This document shows, piece after piece, positions 54,201 through 63,503 of a stretch of DNA of 64,000 nucleotides (position 1 is the first letter of the stretch; each line of letters begins with the position of its first letter). This DNA is from an uncultured bacterium (GTDB lineage: Bacteria > Eisenbacteria > RBG-16-71-46 > CAIMUX01). Below the pieces are notes generated by a model, which was given only the letters and a program-made list of their open reading frames with translations, was not told where the DNA came from and did no database searches. Position numbers and translations under genes: made by a program. The stretch spans positions 33,576-97,575 of the forward strand of contig CAZWSC010000047.1 of assembly GCA_964636385.1 (NCBI GenBank), written 5' to 3'.

Positions 54201-55899
54201 GTCCGATCTCCCTCAGCTTGAGCTGGAGGCGGTCCCCGCCCCGATGGCGGTTCACTGTTGGATGGTAGACCATCTCCACCTCGGCCCCCCCATACAGTTC
54301 GGCAGCTTTGCCGGCCATACCGAATCCGATGCAGTCAATACCGCCAGCCCCCCGGCCGATCCTGACACGCAGGTGCCTTCCGTGCTGTACCCGGAACTCC
54401 GCGCAGCGGCCCCGGCCGACGAAGAGAGGCTCCGGATTCCCCCTGCCGAACGGGGCGAGCCTCCCGAGCCATCTGGCCAGTGGCAGCCCGCATGAGGACG
54501 GATCCAGGACCCCGTCGACTTCGATAACGTCCGCAGCTGCCGGGCGTGGAAGACTGCCGGAATGCCGCAGCAGGCACGACCTCAGCTGGGCGTAGCTTTC
54601 GGGAGGCAGGGACAGCCCCACGGCCTGGGGGTGCCCGCCATAAGCACTCAGGATGTCGCCCGCGTGCCCTATCCATTCAAGGAGGTCGATCCCAGGAGGA
54701 GTCCGGGCCGATCCGCGCGCCACCCTTCCCCGAAGGGATATCAGGAGCGCCGGCCTGCCGAAGCGCTCGGCGAGGCGCGATGCCGCAATCCCGAGAACGC
54801 CCGGATGCCAGTCGGCGGAGGCACAAATGATGGGGTCTTCACCGCCGGAGGGTTCCGGGGTGATTTGACCCAGGGCCCCGGCAAGAACCCGCTCGTGCAG
54901 GGCCCTGCGCAACCTGTTGTCCTCTTCGACAGCTTCGGCAATGCATCGGGCCTCGGATGGATCCTCAGCCATCAGAAGATCCAGTGTCCTCGCAGGCTCG
55001 CCCAGCCTGCCTGAAGCATTGAGCCGGGGAGCCAGGTGATACGCCAGGTTGGAGGTGTCGAGATTCTCAGGGGTCAGCCCGGCCCTCTCGAGTAGTGCCA
55101 GAATACCGGGCCGGGGATTCTCCCTGAGCACCCGGAGCCCGGCCAGGACGAACAGCCTGTTCTCGCCCACGAGAGGAGCCGTGTCGGCCACAGCTCCGAG
55201 AGCCACCAGGTCCATGTGGCTCTCCAGGAAGAGGGCGTCTCCAGCCATCCCCGCATGGTCAACCAGGGCCTGCAGGGCCTTGAACGCGACCCCCACTGCA
55301 GGCAGATCGGGAAAGGGATAGCGGCTGTCAGGCCTCTTCGGGTTGACCACGGCGAATGCCTGCGGAAGCACCGGCCCGGGCGTATGGTGGTCGATGACGA
55401 TCACGTCCAGGCCAAGCCCGGCCGCCTTCCGGATCGCCTGGTGGTCCGATGTGCCGCAGTCACTGGCGATCAGAAGGGAGGCACCCCGCTCCCGAGCAGT
55501 CTCGACAGCACGGAGCGACAGGCCGTATCCGTCCTTCATGCGGTTCGGGAGGCCCGTGATCACGCGCCCGTTCAGGCGGCGCAGCACCCTCGTCCACAAC
55601 GCAACGGCCGTAAGACCGTCCACGTCGTAGTCACCGTATGTGAGGATCATCTCGCCCGTGTCGATTGCACGGCGAATGCGCGATACCGCTGCATCCATGT
55701 CCGGCAGGGTGAAGGGGTCCTCCAAGTCCTCAAGGCCTGGATTGAGGAACTTCTCGGCATCGCGGCGGGTACGAACCCCCCTGTTCCAAAGGACGGCAAC
55801 GGCAGGCCGCGGGATCCCCGGCTCTGCAAACAGGTCCGGGCATTCAGCGGAATCGGGCTCTGGCCTCAGTATCCAGCGCTTTGGCGAAACCTCTTCCAT
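54175..55899 (-). CDS. recJ: Single-stranded-DNA-specific exonuclease RecJ
   Basis: Start at MEEVSPKRW (ATG 55899). DHH motifs are YGDYDVDGLT, IASDCGT and VIDHH. DHHA1 is GGHPQAVG. Confidence 0.9.
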   Translation of the reverse strand: MEEVSPKRWILRPEPDSAECPDLFAEPGIPRPAVAVLWNRGVRTRRDAEKFLNPGLEDLEDPFTLPDMDAAVSRIRRAIDTGEMILTYGDYDVDGLTAVALWTRVLRRLNGRVITGLPNRMKDGYGLSLRAVETARERGASLLIASDCGTSDHQAIRKAAGLGLDVIVIDHHTPGPVLPQAFAVVNPKRPDSRYPFPDLPAVGVAFKALQALVDHAGMAGDALFLESHMDLVALGAVADTAPLVGENRLFVLAGLRVLRENPRPGILALLERAGLTPENLDTSNLAYHLAPRLNASGRLGEPARTLDLLMAEDPSEARCIAEAVEEDNRLRRALHERVLAGALGQITPEPSGGEDPIICASADWHPGVLGIAASRLAERFGRPALLISLRGRVARGSARTPPGIDLLEWIGHAGDILSAYGGHPQAVGLSLPPESYAQLRSCLLRHSGSLPRPAAADVIEVDGVLDPSSCGLPLARWLGRLAPFGRGNPEPLFVGRGRCAEFRVQHGRHLRVRIGRGAGGIDCIGFGMAGKAAELYGGAEVEMVYHPTVNRHRGGDRLQLKLREIGLGEHHSRG

Positions 55900-55966
55900 G
55901 GCAATCTGTCCGGCGGTGAAGGGATCGGCGCCCGCGCCGGCCCGGACCGGCCCTGACTGGCACCGG

Positions 55967-56974
55967 CTAGTACTTCTTCCTGATCTTTGCCTTCCCGCGG
56001 AGCGATTCGACAAGCGCCTCGACCTCTTCCTGCGTCTTCTGGGCAAGCAGACCGTCCACGAGGCGGGATTCGATCTCCTCAAATGGAACCAGACCCGACT
56101 CCTGTTTCTCCAGGATCTCTATGAGGTGGTACCCGAAGCGGGTACGCACCGGATCCGACAGGACGCCCGGCTGAAGGGCGAATGCCACGGAGTCGAAGGG
56201 GGGCACCATCTGCCCGGGGCGGAAGAATCCGAGGTCTCCTCCCCGTTCGCCTGATCCGGGATCGTCCGATTCCGCCCGTGCCACGTCTGCGAAGTCCTCT
56301 CCTTCCAGGATTCGCACGGCAATGGCCTCGATTCTCCCACGGGCACTCTCCTCTGTGGCTCCATCGGCCTCACTGGGAACCCCTATCAGTATGTGCCGCC
56401 CGTGCACCTGCTCCGGTCGCGTGAAGTTCTCGGGATACTCATCGTAGAAGCTCCTCGCTTCCTCCAACGAGACGGAGAGCCCGCTCCTGATTCTCTCCTC
56501 GATGAAGCTTCGGACTGCCATGTCCATGCGGTATCCGTCCGCAAGGGAGCTCTCGGTCAGCCCGATCTGGTTGAGGGCCGCCTCAAATGCCTCCGGGGAG
56601 TCGAACATCGCGCGCTCGCGGTCAACGAAATCCTGAACCTCCTCATCCAGGGGACCGAGCCCTGCACGCCGGGCCTCCCCGTAAAGAAGCCTCTGCCCGA
56701 CCAGCTCACTGATCGCCTGCCTCTGCAGAAGGCCCTCGGGCTGTGTCGGATCCGCGTGAAACACGCGGCCCGAGCGATACGCCTGGACCACTCGGTTGAC
56801 CTCGCCAAGGGTGATCTGGTCCCCGTTGACCTCGACGACAGCCATGTCCGGCGCCCCGATGATCGGGCTATCGTCGACATCGACATCCTCCTCGCCGGAA
56901 TCCGAACAGCCCGCGATCCCCAGCACCAGGATCAGACCGGCAACACCCATCAATCTCCAGATCCCGCGTATCAT
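55967..56974 (-). CDS. Parvulin-type peptidyl-prolyl isomerase lipoprotein (SurA/PrsA-like)
   Basis: Start at MIRGIWRLMGVAGLILVLGIAGC (lipobox). HGRHILI and FGYHLIEI are the parvulin signature. Strong SD. Confidence 0.8.
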   Translation of the reverse strand: MIRGIWRLMGVAGLILVLGIAGCSDSGEEDVDVDDSPIIGAPDMAVVEVNGDQITLGEVNRVVQAYRSGRVFHADPTQPEGLLQRQAISELVGQRLLYGEARRAGLGPLDEEVQDFVDRERAMFDSPEAFEAALNQIGLTESSLADGYRMDMAVRSFIEERIRSGLSVSLEEARSFYDEYPENFTRPEQVHGRHILIGVPSEADGATEESARGRIEAIAVRILEGEDFADVARAESDDPGSGERGGDLGFFRPGQMVPPFDSVAFALQPGVLSDPVRTRFGYHLIEILEKQESGLVPFEEIESRLVDGLLAQKTQEEVEALVESLRGKAKIRKKY

Positions 56975-57096
56975 GAACGCCGCCTCCTCTCCTGAAGCAT
57001 CTCTCCGGCAGTGCCTCCTGCGAGTGGAATCCCGCAGCAGTGTGCTACGATAAGCTCCCAGTATATGAACCGGGGCCATTCCCCCCCAAGGAGTAA

Positions 57097-58512
57097 ATGG
57101 GAGAAGAGGAAGGGATGGGCAGAAGAAAGCGAGTTGCGCCGGACGCGGTGGAGATACGTGTGGATGCACTGGCCCTTGGCGGTGAAGGGATCGCCAGGCA
57201 GTCCGGCAAGGCGTGTTTCGTACGCGGAGTATTCCCCGGAGAGACCGCCATCGCAGTCCCGACCTCCCGGCGGAAGAGCTTCGATCGTCTGCGCCTGCGT
57301 GAGATCGTCGAGCCTTCCATGGACAGGCTCCCGCCGCTCTGTCCGCATTCGGGAGTCTGCGGAGGGTGCGTCTTCCAGCAGCTCCGCTATTGCGCTCAGC
57401 TGGAAGCGAAGGCGTCCCAGGTCAGGGAGGTTCTCCGGCGTCTCGGGCGGATCGAAGCAGATGAACCGGACCCACCCTTCGCTGCCCCCGTGCGGATCGG
57501 CTACCGGAACAAGATGGAGTTCACCTTCGCTCACAGGGCCTGGGATCCCGCAGGCCCCCCTCTGAACCCGGGGCCGAATCCCGCGCTTGGCCTGCACGTG
57601 CCCGGGAGGTTCGACGCCGTGTTCGACCTGCGCAGGTGCGTGCTGCCTCATCCGGAAGCCATACGCGTGCTCGAGGCCGTGCGTGCCTTTGCGCGCGAAC
57701 ACGCGCTTGCCGCGTGGGACGGCCGCACAGACGAGGGAATTCTCCGCCATCTTGTGATCCGGCATGGGCTGAACACCGGTGAGATGCTGGCGGGGCTTGT
57801 GGTTCGCCACAAAGACCGGATCCCGCAGGAGCTCGGGCCCGCCATTGCCGCTGTCGCGCCATCACTGGTCGGCATCCGTCTGCTGCACAATCCGGGGCGT
57901 GCAACTGTCGCGCAGGGTGAGGTGATCCCCTTCTGGGGACGGCCGGTCATCCGCGAGCGGCTCCTGGATCTCACGTTCGAGCTGAGGGTCGAGTCATTCT
58001 TCCAGACCAGCACCCCCGGGGCGGAAGTGCTCCTGGCCGCCCTGAGGGCGGCAGCCGGCGGCGTGCCGGGGCGGCGACTGCTGGATCTCTACTGCGGAGT
58101 GGGAACCCTGGGACTGGCGCTAGCGGGATCCTTCGAGGAGGTCCTTGGCGTGGAGCAGGTCCCGGGTGCGGTCGAGGATGCGCGCCGGAATGCCGGGCTC
58201 AACGGCATCGGGAACGCCGCTTTCCTGCAGGCATCCGTTGAGGACTGGATCAGGGACTCGGGGATCGAACCGGGCAGGTACGACACCGTACTGGTTGATC
58301 CGCCGCGCGCGGGCCTTCATCCGAGGGCCCTGGAAGGGATCCTGCATCTCCTGCCGGAGTCGGTCCTGTACGTGTCGTGCAATCCGGCGACACTGGCCCG
58401 CGATGCAGCGCGGCTGCGTGACAACGGCTATCAACCCCGCAGCCTGCGGATCCTCGACCTCTTCCCGCAGACTGCACACGTGGAGTGCATCCTTCATCTG
58501 CAGCGGGGATGA
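57097..58512 (+). CDS. 23S rRNA (uracil-5)-methyltransferase RlmD/RumA family (TRAM + Fe-S Cys cluster + SAM methyltransferase)
   Basis: TRAM-like VDALALGGEGIAR, CPHSGVCGGC, DLYCGVGTLG, VDPPRAGL and YVSCNPATLARD. AAGGAG SD. Confidence 0.85.
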   Translation: MGEEEGMGRRKRVAPDAVEIRVDALALGGEGIARQSGKACFVRGVFPGETAIAVPTSRRKSFDRLRLREIVEPSMDRLPPLCPHSGVCGGCVFQQLRYCAQLEAKASQVREVLRRLGRIEADEPDPPFAAPVRIGYRNKMEFTFAHRAWDPAGPPLNPGPNPALGLHVPGRFDAVFDLRRCVLPHPEAIRVLEAVRAFAREHALAAWDGRTDEGILRHLVIRHGLNTGEMLAGLVVRHKDRIPQELGPAIAAVAPSLVGIRLLHNPGRATVAQGEVIPFWGRPVIRERLLDLTFELRVESFFQTSTPGAEVLLAALRAAAGGVPGRRLLDLYCGVGTLGLALAGSFEEVLGVEQVPGAVEDARRNAGLNGIGNAAFLQASVEDWIRDSGIEPGRYDTVLVDPPRAGLHPRALEGILHLLPESVLYVSCNPATLARDAARLRDNGYQPRSLRILDLFPQTAHVECILHLQRG

Positions 58513-58608
58513 CCCGCAGCAATGCACGCGCGGGCATGTGAGGGGAGGACGCAGCCGCCGGCACCGTTGGCCCACAGGCCTGATGCGGCCGCGCGGCGCC
58601 CACGGGCT

Positions 58609-59262
58609 TCATCGATCCCCATCCCGCTCCCCTGCGTTCTTCAGATCCTGCAGAATCTCCGACGCCTCCCAGAGGGCCAGTGAATCTGTTCCGGCCACGA
58701 GATACCGTCCCAGGACACCCTCGGCCTCCTGTCGTCGGTCGGCGGTGAGGAGGAGCATGGCCAGGTCGAAGTAGGTGGGCTCGTATGCCGGCCGCATGCG
58801 AAGGACTTCCTCGAAGTGCTGAACAGCGCCGTCCACATCCCCTATCCGCTGGAGAAGCAGAGCCAGGTTGTAGTGGGCCTCGGGATGAGTCGGATCCATT
58901 ACGATCGCCTGCCCGTACGCGTCAAGCGCCTGTTCGAAGCGCCTCAGGCGGTGATTCAGGTAGCCGGTCTGGAAGAAGTCCTCTCCGGTCGCCTGGTCGG
59001 AGACCCTCACGGGTCCGAGGAGATGGAGGGCCTGGTCGAAGCGCCTTAGAGTCTTCCAGTGCATGGCGTGCTCTCTGAGCAGGCCAATACGGTAATCCCC
59101 CATCTCGACAGCCCGGGAAGCAGTCATGACTTCGCTGACAGCCTGGAGATCGTGGCTGGAGGGCTCGGATCGGGCATCATCCTCCCCCGACCCGGCCCGG
59201 AAGGCGGCAAGGCTGAGTATCAGAACAAACAGGAGAGCTTGACGGGCGATATCCGGTTGCAT
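58609..59262 (-). CDS. Secreted TPR-repeat protein
   Basis: Signal-like ALLFVLILSLAAF. TPR units read FEQALDAYGQAIVMDPTHPEAHYNLALLLQRIGDVDGAVQHFEEVLRMRP. Confidence 0.7.
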   Translation of the reverse strand: MQPDIARQALLFVLILSLAAFRAGSGEDDARSEPSSHDLQAVSEVMTASRAVEMGDYRIGLLREHAMHWKTLRRFDQALHLLGPVRVSDQATGEDFFQTGYLNHRLRRFEQALDAYGQAIVMDPTHPEAHYNLALLLQRIGDVDGAVQHFEEVLRMRPAYEPTYFDLAMLLLTADRRQEAEGVLGRYLVAGTDSLALWEASEILQDLKNAGERDGDR

Positions 59263-59344
59263 CAGCGGCTGATCCTAACTGCCTGCCGGCACGCTGGCAA
59301 TCGGGCTTTGGTCCCTGATGAAGGAAGCATCCGTTCACGGCACG

Positions 59345-59374
59345 TTGACATCACGGGCTTCCTCTGCCCAGAAT
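59345..59374 (+). promoter_or_regulatory. Sigma70-like promoter candidate for the 59461 gene
   Basis: TTGACA (59345-59350), an 18-nt spacer, then CAGAAT (59369-59374). The -10 is weak. Confidence 0.25.
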
Positions 59375-59460
59375 CACCGGCATGCCGTGTCCGGGTGCGG
59401 GACACAGCGGGTATCCCGGCCGCGTGACGCGCGAGCCCTGCCCAATGAGGAACTGACTGG

Positions 59461-59826
59461 ATGCCACATGTTGAAGTCCTTGGCGGAGCCTCCGTGCGGG
59501 AGATTCACGAACGGTTCAGCCCGCGCGACGCCCGTGACGGCGGGGCCATTCTGAAGGCCACAGGCATGTACCTCTCCCATGACCACCAGACGGCCCTTGT
59601 GGACTGCCTGGTGGTCGAGGGGTATCTGCGTCAACGCTTCTTCGTTCTCATATCCTCAAGGGACGGTGGTGCGATGGTGCGCCCCCTGGAGCTGGCATCT
59701 CCGGAGAAGACGAACGGGGTCAAACGGTGTGTGATCTGGGTGTCCCAGTGGCTCAGGCAGAACCGGCCCGGCTCGTCGGTCGGAACCACCAATCTCGCAG
59801 GCATTCTGGAGCCTCCGGTGGCATAG
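59461..59826 (+). CDS. Hypothetical protein (121 aa)
   Basis: No motif that I can name. The composition looks like real coding sequence (YLSHDHQTALVDCLVVEGYLRQRFFVLIS, SPEKTNGVKRCVIWVSQWL). Confidence 0.45.
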   Translation: MPHVEVLGGASVREIHERFSPRDARDGGAILKATGMYLSHDHQTALVDCLVVEGYLRQRFFVLISSRDGGAMVRPLELASPEKTNGVKRCVIWVSQWLRQNRPGSSVGTTNLAGILEPPVA

Positions 59827-60039
59827 CCCGTTTCGGAGGCAGGGGCGCCCCGGAGTTGCTTCCGGGGTCTGATGGTACTGCCCCTCCTGACGGGATGCGG
59901 CAGCCACACCGCCTCGTCGGCCACCTTGACACCACCTGACGATGTCCACTATAATTGGAAGGTCTGTAACGGATTGGGACCAGACCCGGCCCCGCAACAT
60001 GACCAGATGACGCCTCGGCTGCGGCCGAAGGAGGAGCAA

Positions 60040-61134
60040 ATGCCCATACGCACACTGACTTGTCTTCTTGCAGCCGGCCTGCTCCTGGCGGCCGGTGCGG
60101 CAACAGCCGCTTCCACCTTTGACATCACATGCCCACAACCAAGATACACCTCAGTACCTATGGGGGAGTTCACGGTCTTCCCGGCCCCGATCCAGGCGAG
60201 CTCGCCGCAGGGGACTGATGTAGAAGTGATCTTCCAGCCCCACGTCCCGGACGGCTGGGTCGCGCAGTGGTGCCACGCCTCTTCGGGCATGTGCTATTTT
60301 GGCGACGAGGTGATCACCATCCCCGGTGGTGTACAGGATGCTATAGAGCTGGAGTTCATCCCCGACTGGGCCGAGCCGGGCGTGGGATACATAACCGTCA
60401 TCGTGCGCTCCGTGGATGACCAGTTCGAGTTCTCCCGCTGCACCGTTACCTGCTTCAGCGGCCTTCCCGTTCCCCCGACGCCGCAGTTTTCCTATGACTG
60501 CTCCGAGAACACCCTTTTCCTGGACGAACCCGAGTTCTTCGTGGAGTTCCCGACCATCGTGACCAACTCGAGCGATCAGCCCGAACTCCTCATAGTGCAC
60601 ATCGAACCGGAGGTCCCCGAAGGATGGTTCGTGCAGTTCTGCCAGGTCTCGACCGGTGTCTGCTACCCGGAGGATACGGTCATCGAGATTGCAGCCAACT
60701 CCAGCGACATCATCCAGGTTGAGTTCCTGAATCTGGATGACAGCTATGGATATGGCTATGCCGATTTCACCTATCTGGCCTGGTCCAACCCCAGCTACGG
60801 CAGGACCTGCCGATACCAGCTGTTCGTGGGCGACTACTCCGCAGACACACCAGAACCTGCACCTCTGCGGCTTGCGGCCAGGGTCGAGCCGAACCCCTTC
60901 CACGATTCCGCGGTCCTCCGGCTCGCATCGGGCAGCGCAATGCCCACCAGGCTGGAGATCTTCGGAGCGGACGGACGCCTTGTCCGCACCTTCGGGGAGC
61001 TGAAGGCCGTCGATGCCGGAGTCACCTGGGATGGCCGGGGCGACAATGGCCGGCCGGTGCCGTCGGGGGTCTACTACTATCGCTTCCAGGGCACCGATGC
61101 CGGAGCGAGCGGGGTGATGGTGAGGACCAGGTAA
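60040..61134 (+). CDS. Secreted protein with two tandem Cys-containing domains and a C-terminal FlgD-Ig/T9SS-type sorting-like domain
   Basis: GGAGGAG SD and ATG at 60040. Signal peptide MPIRTLTCLLAAGLLLAAGAATAAS. Internal duplication. The C-terminus reads EPNPFHDSAVLRL...LEIFGADGRLVRTF...GVTWDGRGDNGRPVPSGVYYYRF. Confidence 0.7.
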   Translation: MPIRTLTCLLAAGLLLAAGAATAASTFDITCPQPRYTSVPMGEFTVFPAPIQASSPQGTDVEVIFQPHVPDGWVAQWCHASSGMCYFGDEVITIPGGVQDAIELEFIPDWAEPGVGYITVIVRSVDDQFEFSRCTVTCFSGLPVPPTPQFSYDCSENTLFLDEPEFFVEFPTIVTNSSDQPELLIVHIEPEVPEGWFVQFCQVSTGVCYPEDTVIEIAANSSDIIQVEFLNLDDSYGYGYADFTYLAWSNPSYGRTCRYQLFVGDYSADTPEPAPLRLAARVEPNPFHDSAVLRLASGSAMPTRLEIFGADGRLVRTFGELKAVDAGVTWDGRGDNGRPVPSGVYYYRFQGTDAGASGVMVRTR

Positions 61135-61209
61135 CGCCCACAGCCTGTTCCGGCTTCAATACCCGGGCTTCCCGCCTGAACGGGAGTCCTGCCCGCGACA
61201 CTCAGGACG

Positions 61210-61238
61210 GACGGGCGGCCCGTGCGGGGCCGCCCGTC
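61210..61238. terminator. Bidirectional terminator hairpin between convergent genes
   Basis: GACGGGCGGCCC (61210-61221) pairs perfectly with GGGCCGCCCGTC (61227-61238). This is a 12-bp stem with a 5-nt loop, followed by TCTTCC. Confidence 0.5.
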
Positions 61239-61318
61239 TTCCAACATGCCGGAACGCCCAACCATCGCCGAGGCGGCGTTGGCATCGCAGGACCGGCCGG
61301 CAACCCTCAGCTTCGCCG

Positions 61319-62071
61319 CTACTCTGTCTTGCCCTTGCCCCCTGTCAGCGCCTTCAGCAGTTCGATCGGGATCGGGAAGATCGTCGTGGAGTTGTTCTCC
61401 TGCGCGATCTCGACCAGTGTCTGCAGGTAACGCAGCTGGATGGCGACCGGATGCTCTTCGATGATCTCGGCGGCGTCCGAGAGCCGGCGCGAAGCCTGGA
61501 ACTCCCCGTCCGCGGCGATCACCTTCGCCCTCCGCTCACGCTCCGCCTCCGCCTGGCGGGCCATCGCCCGGCGCATCTCCTCCGGCAGGCCGACATCCTT
61601 GACCTCAACAGCAATGACCTTGATCCCCCAGGGATCGGTCTGGCGGTCGATGATGGTCTGGAGCTTCTGGTTGATCTGCTCTCTCTCGGACAGCAGCGTG
61701 TCAAGCTCGACTTCGCCGAGTATGGAGCGCAGCGTGGTCTGTGAAAGCTGCGACGTCGCGAAGAGGTAGTCCTCCACCTCGATCGTCGCCTTCCCCGGAT
61801 CGATCACCCTGAAGCGAATCACCGCGTTGACCTTCACGGTGACGTTGTCCTTGGTGATCACATCCTGGGGGGGGACATCCATGACCAGGGTCCGCAGGCT
61901 GACCTTCACCATCTTGTCGATCATCGGGATGAGCAGGATCAGTCCCGGCCCCTTTATCCCGACCATCCGGCCGAGGCGGAAGACCACGCCGCGCTCATAC
62001 TCCCTGAGAATCCTGACGGCGCTCGCGAGCAGCAGAAACAGTATGAAGACAATTACCGGAATACCTATCAT
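61319..62071 (-). CDS. SPFH/Band 7 (stomatin-like) protein
   Basis: An N-terminal TM helix, then [16 protein letters not shown] and [26 protein letters not shown]. Confidence 0.9.
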   Translation of the reverse strand: MIGIPVIVFILFLLLASAVRILREYERGVVFRLGRMVGIKGPGLILLIPMIDKMVKVSLRTLVMDVPPQDVITKDNVTVKVNAVIRFRVIDPGKATIEVEDYLFATSQLSQTTLRSILGEVELDTLLSEREQINQKLQTIIDRQTDPWGIKVIAVEVKDVGLPEEMRRAMARQAEAERERRAKVIAADGEFQASRRLSDAAEIIEEHPVAIQLRYLQTLVEIAQENNSTTIFPIPIELLKALTGGKGKTE

Positions 62072-62075
62072 GACG

Positions 62076-63503
62076 TTACCTCCCTGGGTTGGTTTCCTGC
62101 CCGGACTCGGCCGGCTCCACCTCGATCCTCAGTCCATCGACTCTCGTAACCCTGACCATCTTCCCTGCGGGAATCGGCCCTGCCGCGCGGGCGTTCCAGT
62201 ACTCTCCGTGCACCAGGACCTGTCCCTCCGGATCCAGGTCGGTGGCGGCCTTTCCGATCTCCCCCCGCATGCCGTCCGCCCCGCTCCATCGGGGGCGGCG
62301 CTGGGCGCGAAGAGCCATGTAGACGGCGAAGATGAAGAACGCGGCAAAGGTGGCGACGGCCGGTATCAGCACCGACAGCGATACGCGGGCGGCCGAGCCG
62401 CGCTCGAACAGAAGGAGCGACCCGAGTATCAAGCTCACAATCCCTCCGATCGAAAGAAGGCCGTAGCTGGTCACCTGGAACTCCAGGGCGAACATGACCA
62501 CAGCGAGTATTATGAGCAACACCCCCGCGACTGTGACAGGCAGGCTCTGGAAGGCGAAGAAGGCAAGTATGAGCGAGATCGCCCCCACAACTCCCGGAAG
62601 TATCGTGCCCGGGTTGTACAGCTCCAGCCCGATGCCGAGGATCCCGGCCAGGAAGAGGAGATACGCGATGCTGGGGTTGGTGATCAGGGCAAGCATCCTC
62701 TCCCGCCAGCTCATCGTCAGCAGCCGCACCTCGGCGCCGGCGGTGCGAAGTACTGCCGTGCCGGTCGCGAGCGACACCTCTCGTCCGTCCACGAGCTCGA
62801 GCAGCTCCTCCAGAGTTGACGCAATCAGGTCGACCACGGTATCACGGACCGCCTCCTCGGCGGAGAGGGAGACGGCCTCACGAACCGCCCGCTCGGCCCA
62901 GGCCGCATTGCGTCCGTGACGGCTGGCCAGGGAGCGCGCATAGGCGGAGGCATCATGGGTCGCCTTGGCAGTCATCGCCCCGGAAGGTTCGGTGGTATCC
63001 GCCGGCGCGGCCCCTGTTCCGATCGGAACCGGAGTTGCCGCACCGATGCTGGTACCTGGCGCCATGGCGGCAACCGGGGCAGCCAGCGTCACGAAGAGAC
63101 CCGCGGAGGCCGCGCGCGCTCCCGGCGGCGCGACATAGACGATGACCGGCACATCGGCCCCGAGGATCGCCTTGACCATCTCACGCATCGATGTATCCAG
63201 GCCGCCCGGCGTGTCCAGCACTATGACCGCGGCCATTGCGCCGTCCTCTTCCGAGGCCAGTATGCTCTTGCCGACAAACCTGGCCGTCACCGGGCCAATC
63301 GCATCCGCGAGTACGACCTTATAGACAAATCCCGGATCTCCGCCCGTACCGGACCCGGCAGTCTCATCCTCCCTCGGCGCTGTGACCCCGGGATCGTGTA
63401 CGGCAGAGATGAGCAGCAGGACGAGACCTGCTGCTGCCAGCAGCGCCGGCGGAAGGACCCGCCCCGACACCGGGCGTCGTGGTGTGCGGTACCGCTTCAA
63501 CAT
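62076..63503 (-). CDS. NfeD-family membrane-bound ClpP-class serine protease
   Basis: Start at MLKRYRTP (ATG 63503, AAGGAGG SD). [21 protein letters not shown], a central multi-TM region and a C-terminal OB-fold-like HGEYWNA...[15 protein letters not shown]. It lies 4 nt upstream of the stomatin gene. Confidence 0.85.
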   Translation of the reverse strand: MLKRYRTPRRPVSGRVLPPALLAAAGLVLLLISAVHDPGVTAPREDETAGSGTGGDPGFVYKVVLADAIGPVTARFVGKSILASEEDGAMAAVIVLDTPGGLDTSMREMVKAILGADVPVIVYVAPPGARAASAGLFVTLAAPVAAMAPGTSIGAATPVPIGTGAAPADTTEPSGAMTAKATHDASAYARSLASRHGRNAAWAERAVREAVSLSAEEAVRDTVVDLIASTLEELLELVDGREVSLATGTAVLRTAGAEVRLLTMSWRERMLALITNPSIAYLLFLAGILGIGLELYNPGTILPGVVGAISLILAFFAFQSLPVTVAGVLLIILAVVMFALEFQVTSYGLLSIGGIVSLILGSLLLFERGSAARVSLSVLIPAVATFAAFFIFAVYMALRAQRRPRWSGADGMRGEIGKAATDLDPEGQVLVHGEYWNARAAGPIPAGKMVRVTRVDGLRIEVEPAESGQETNPGR

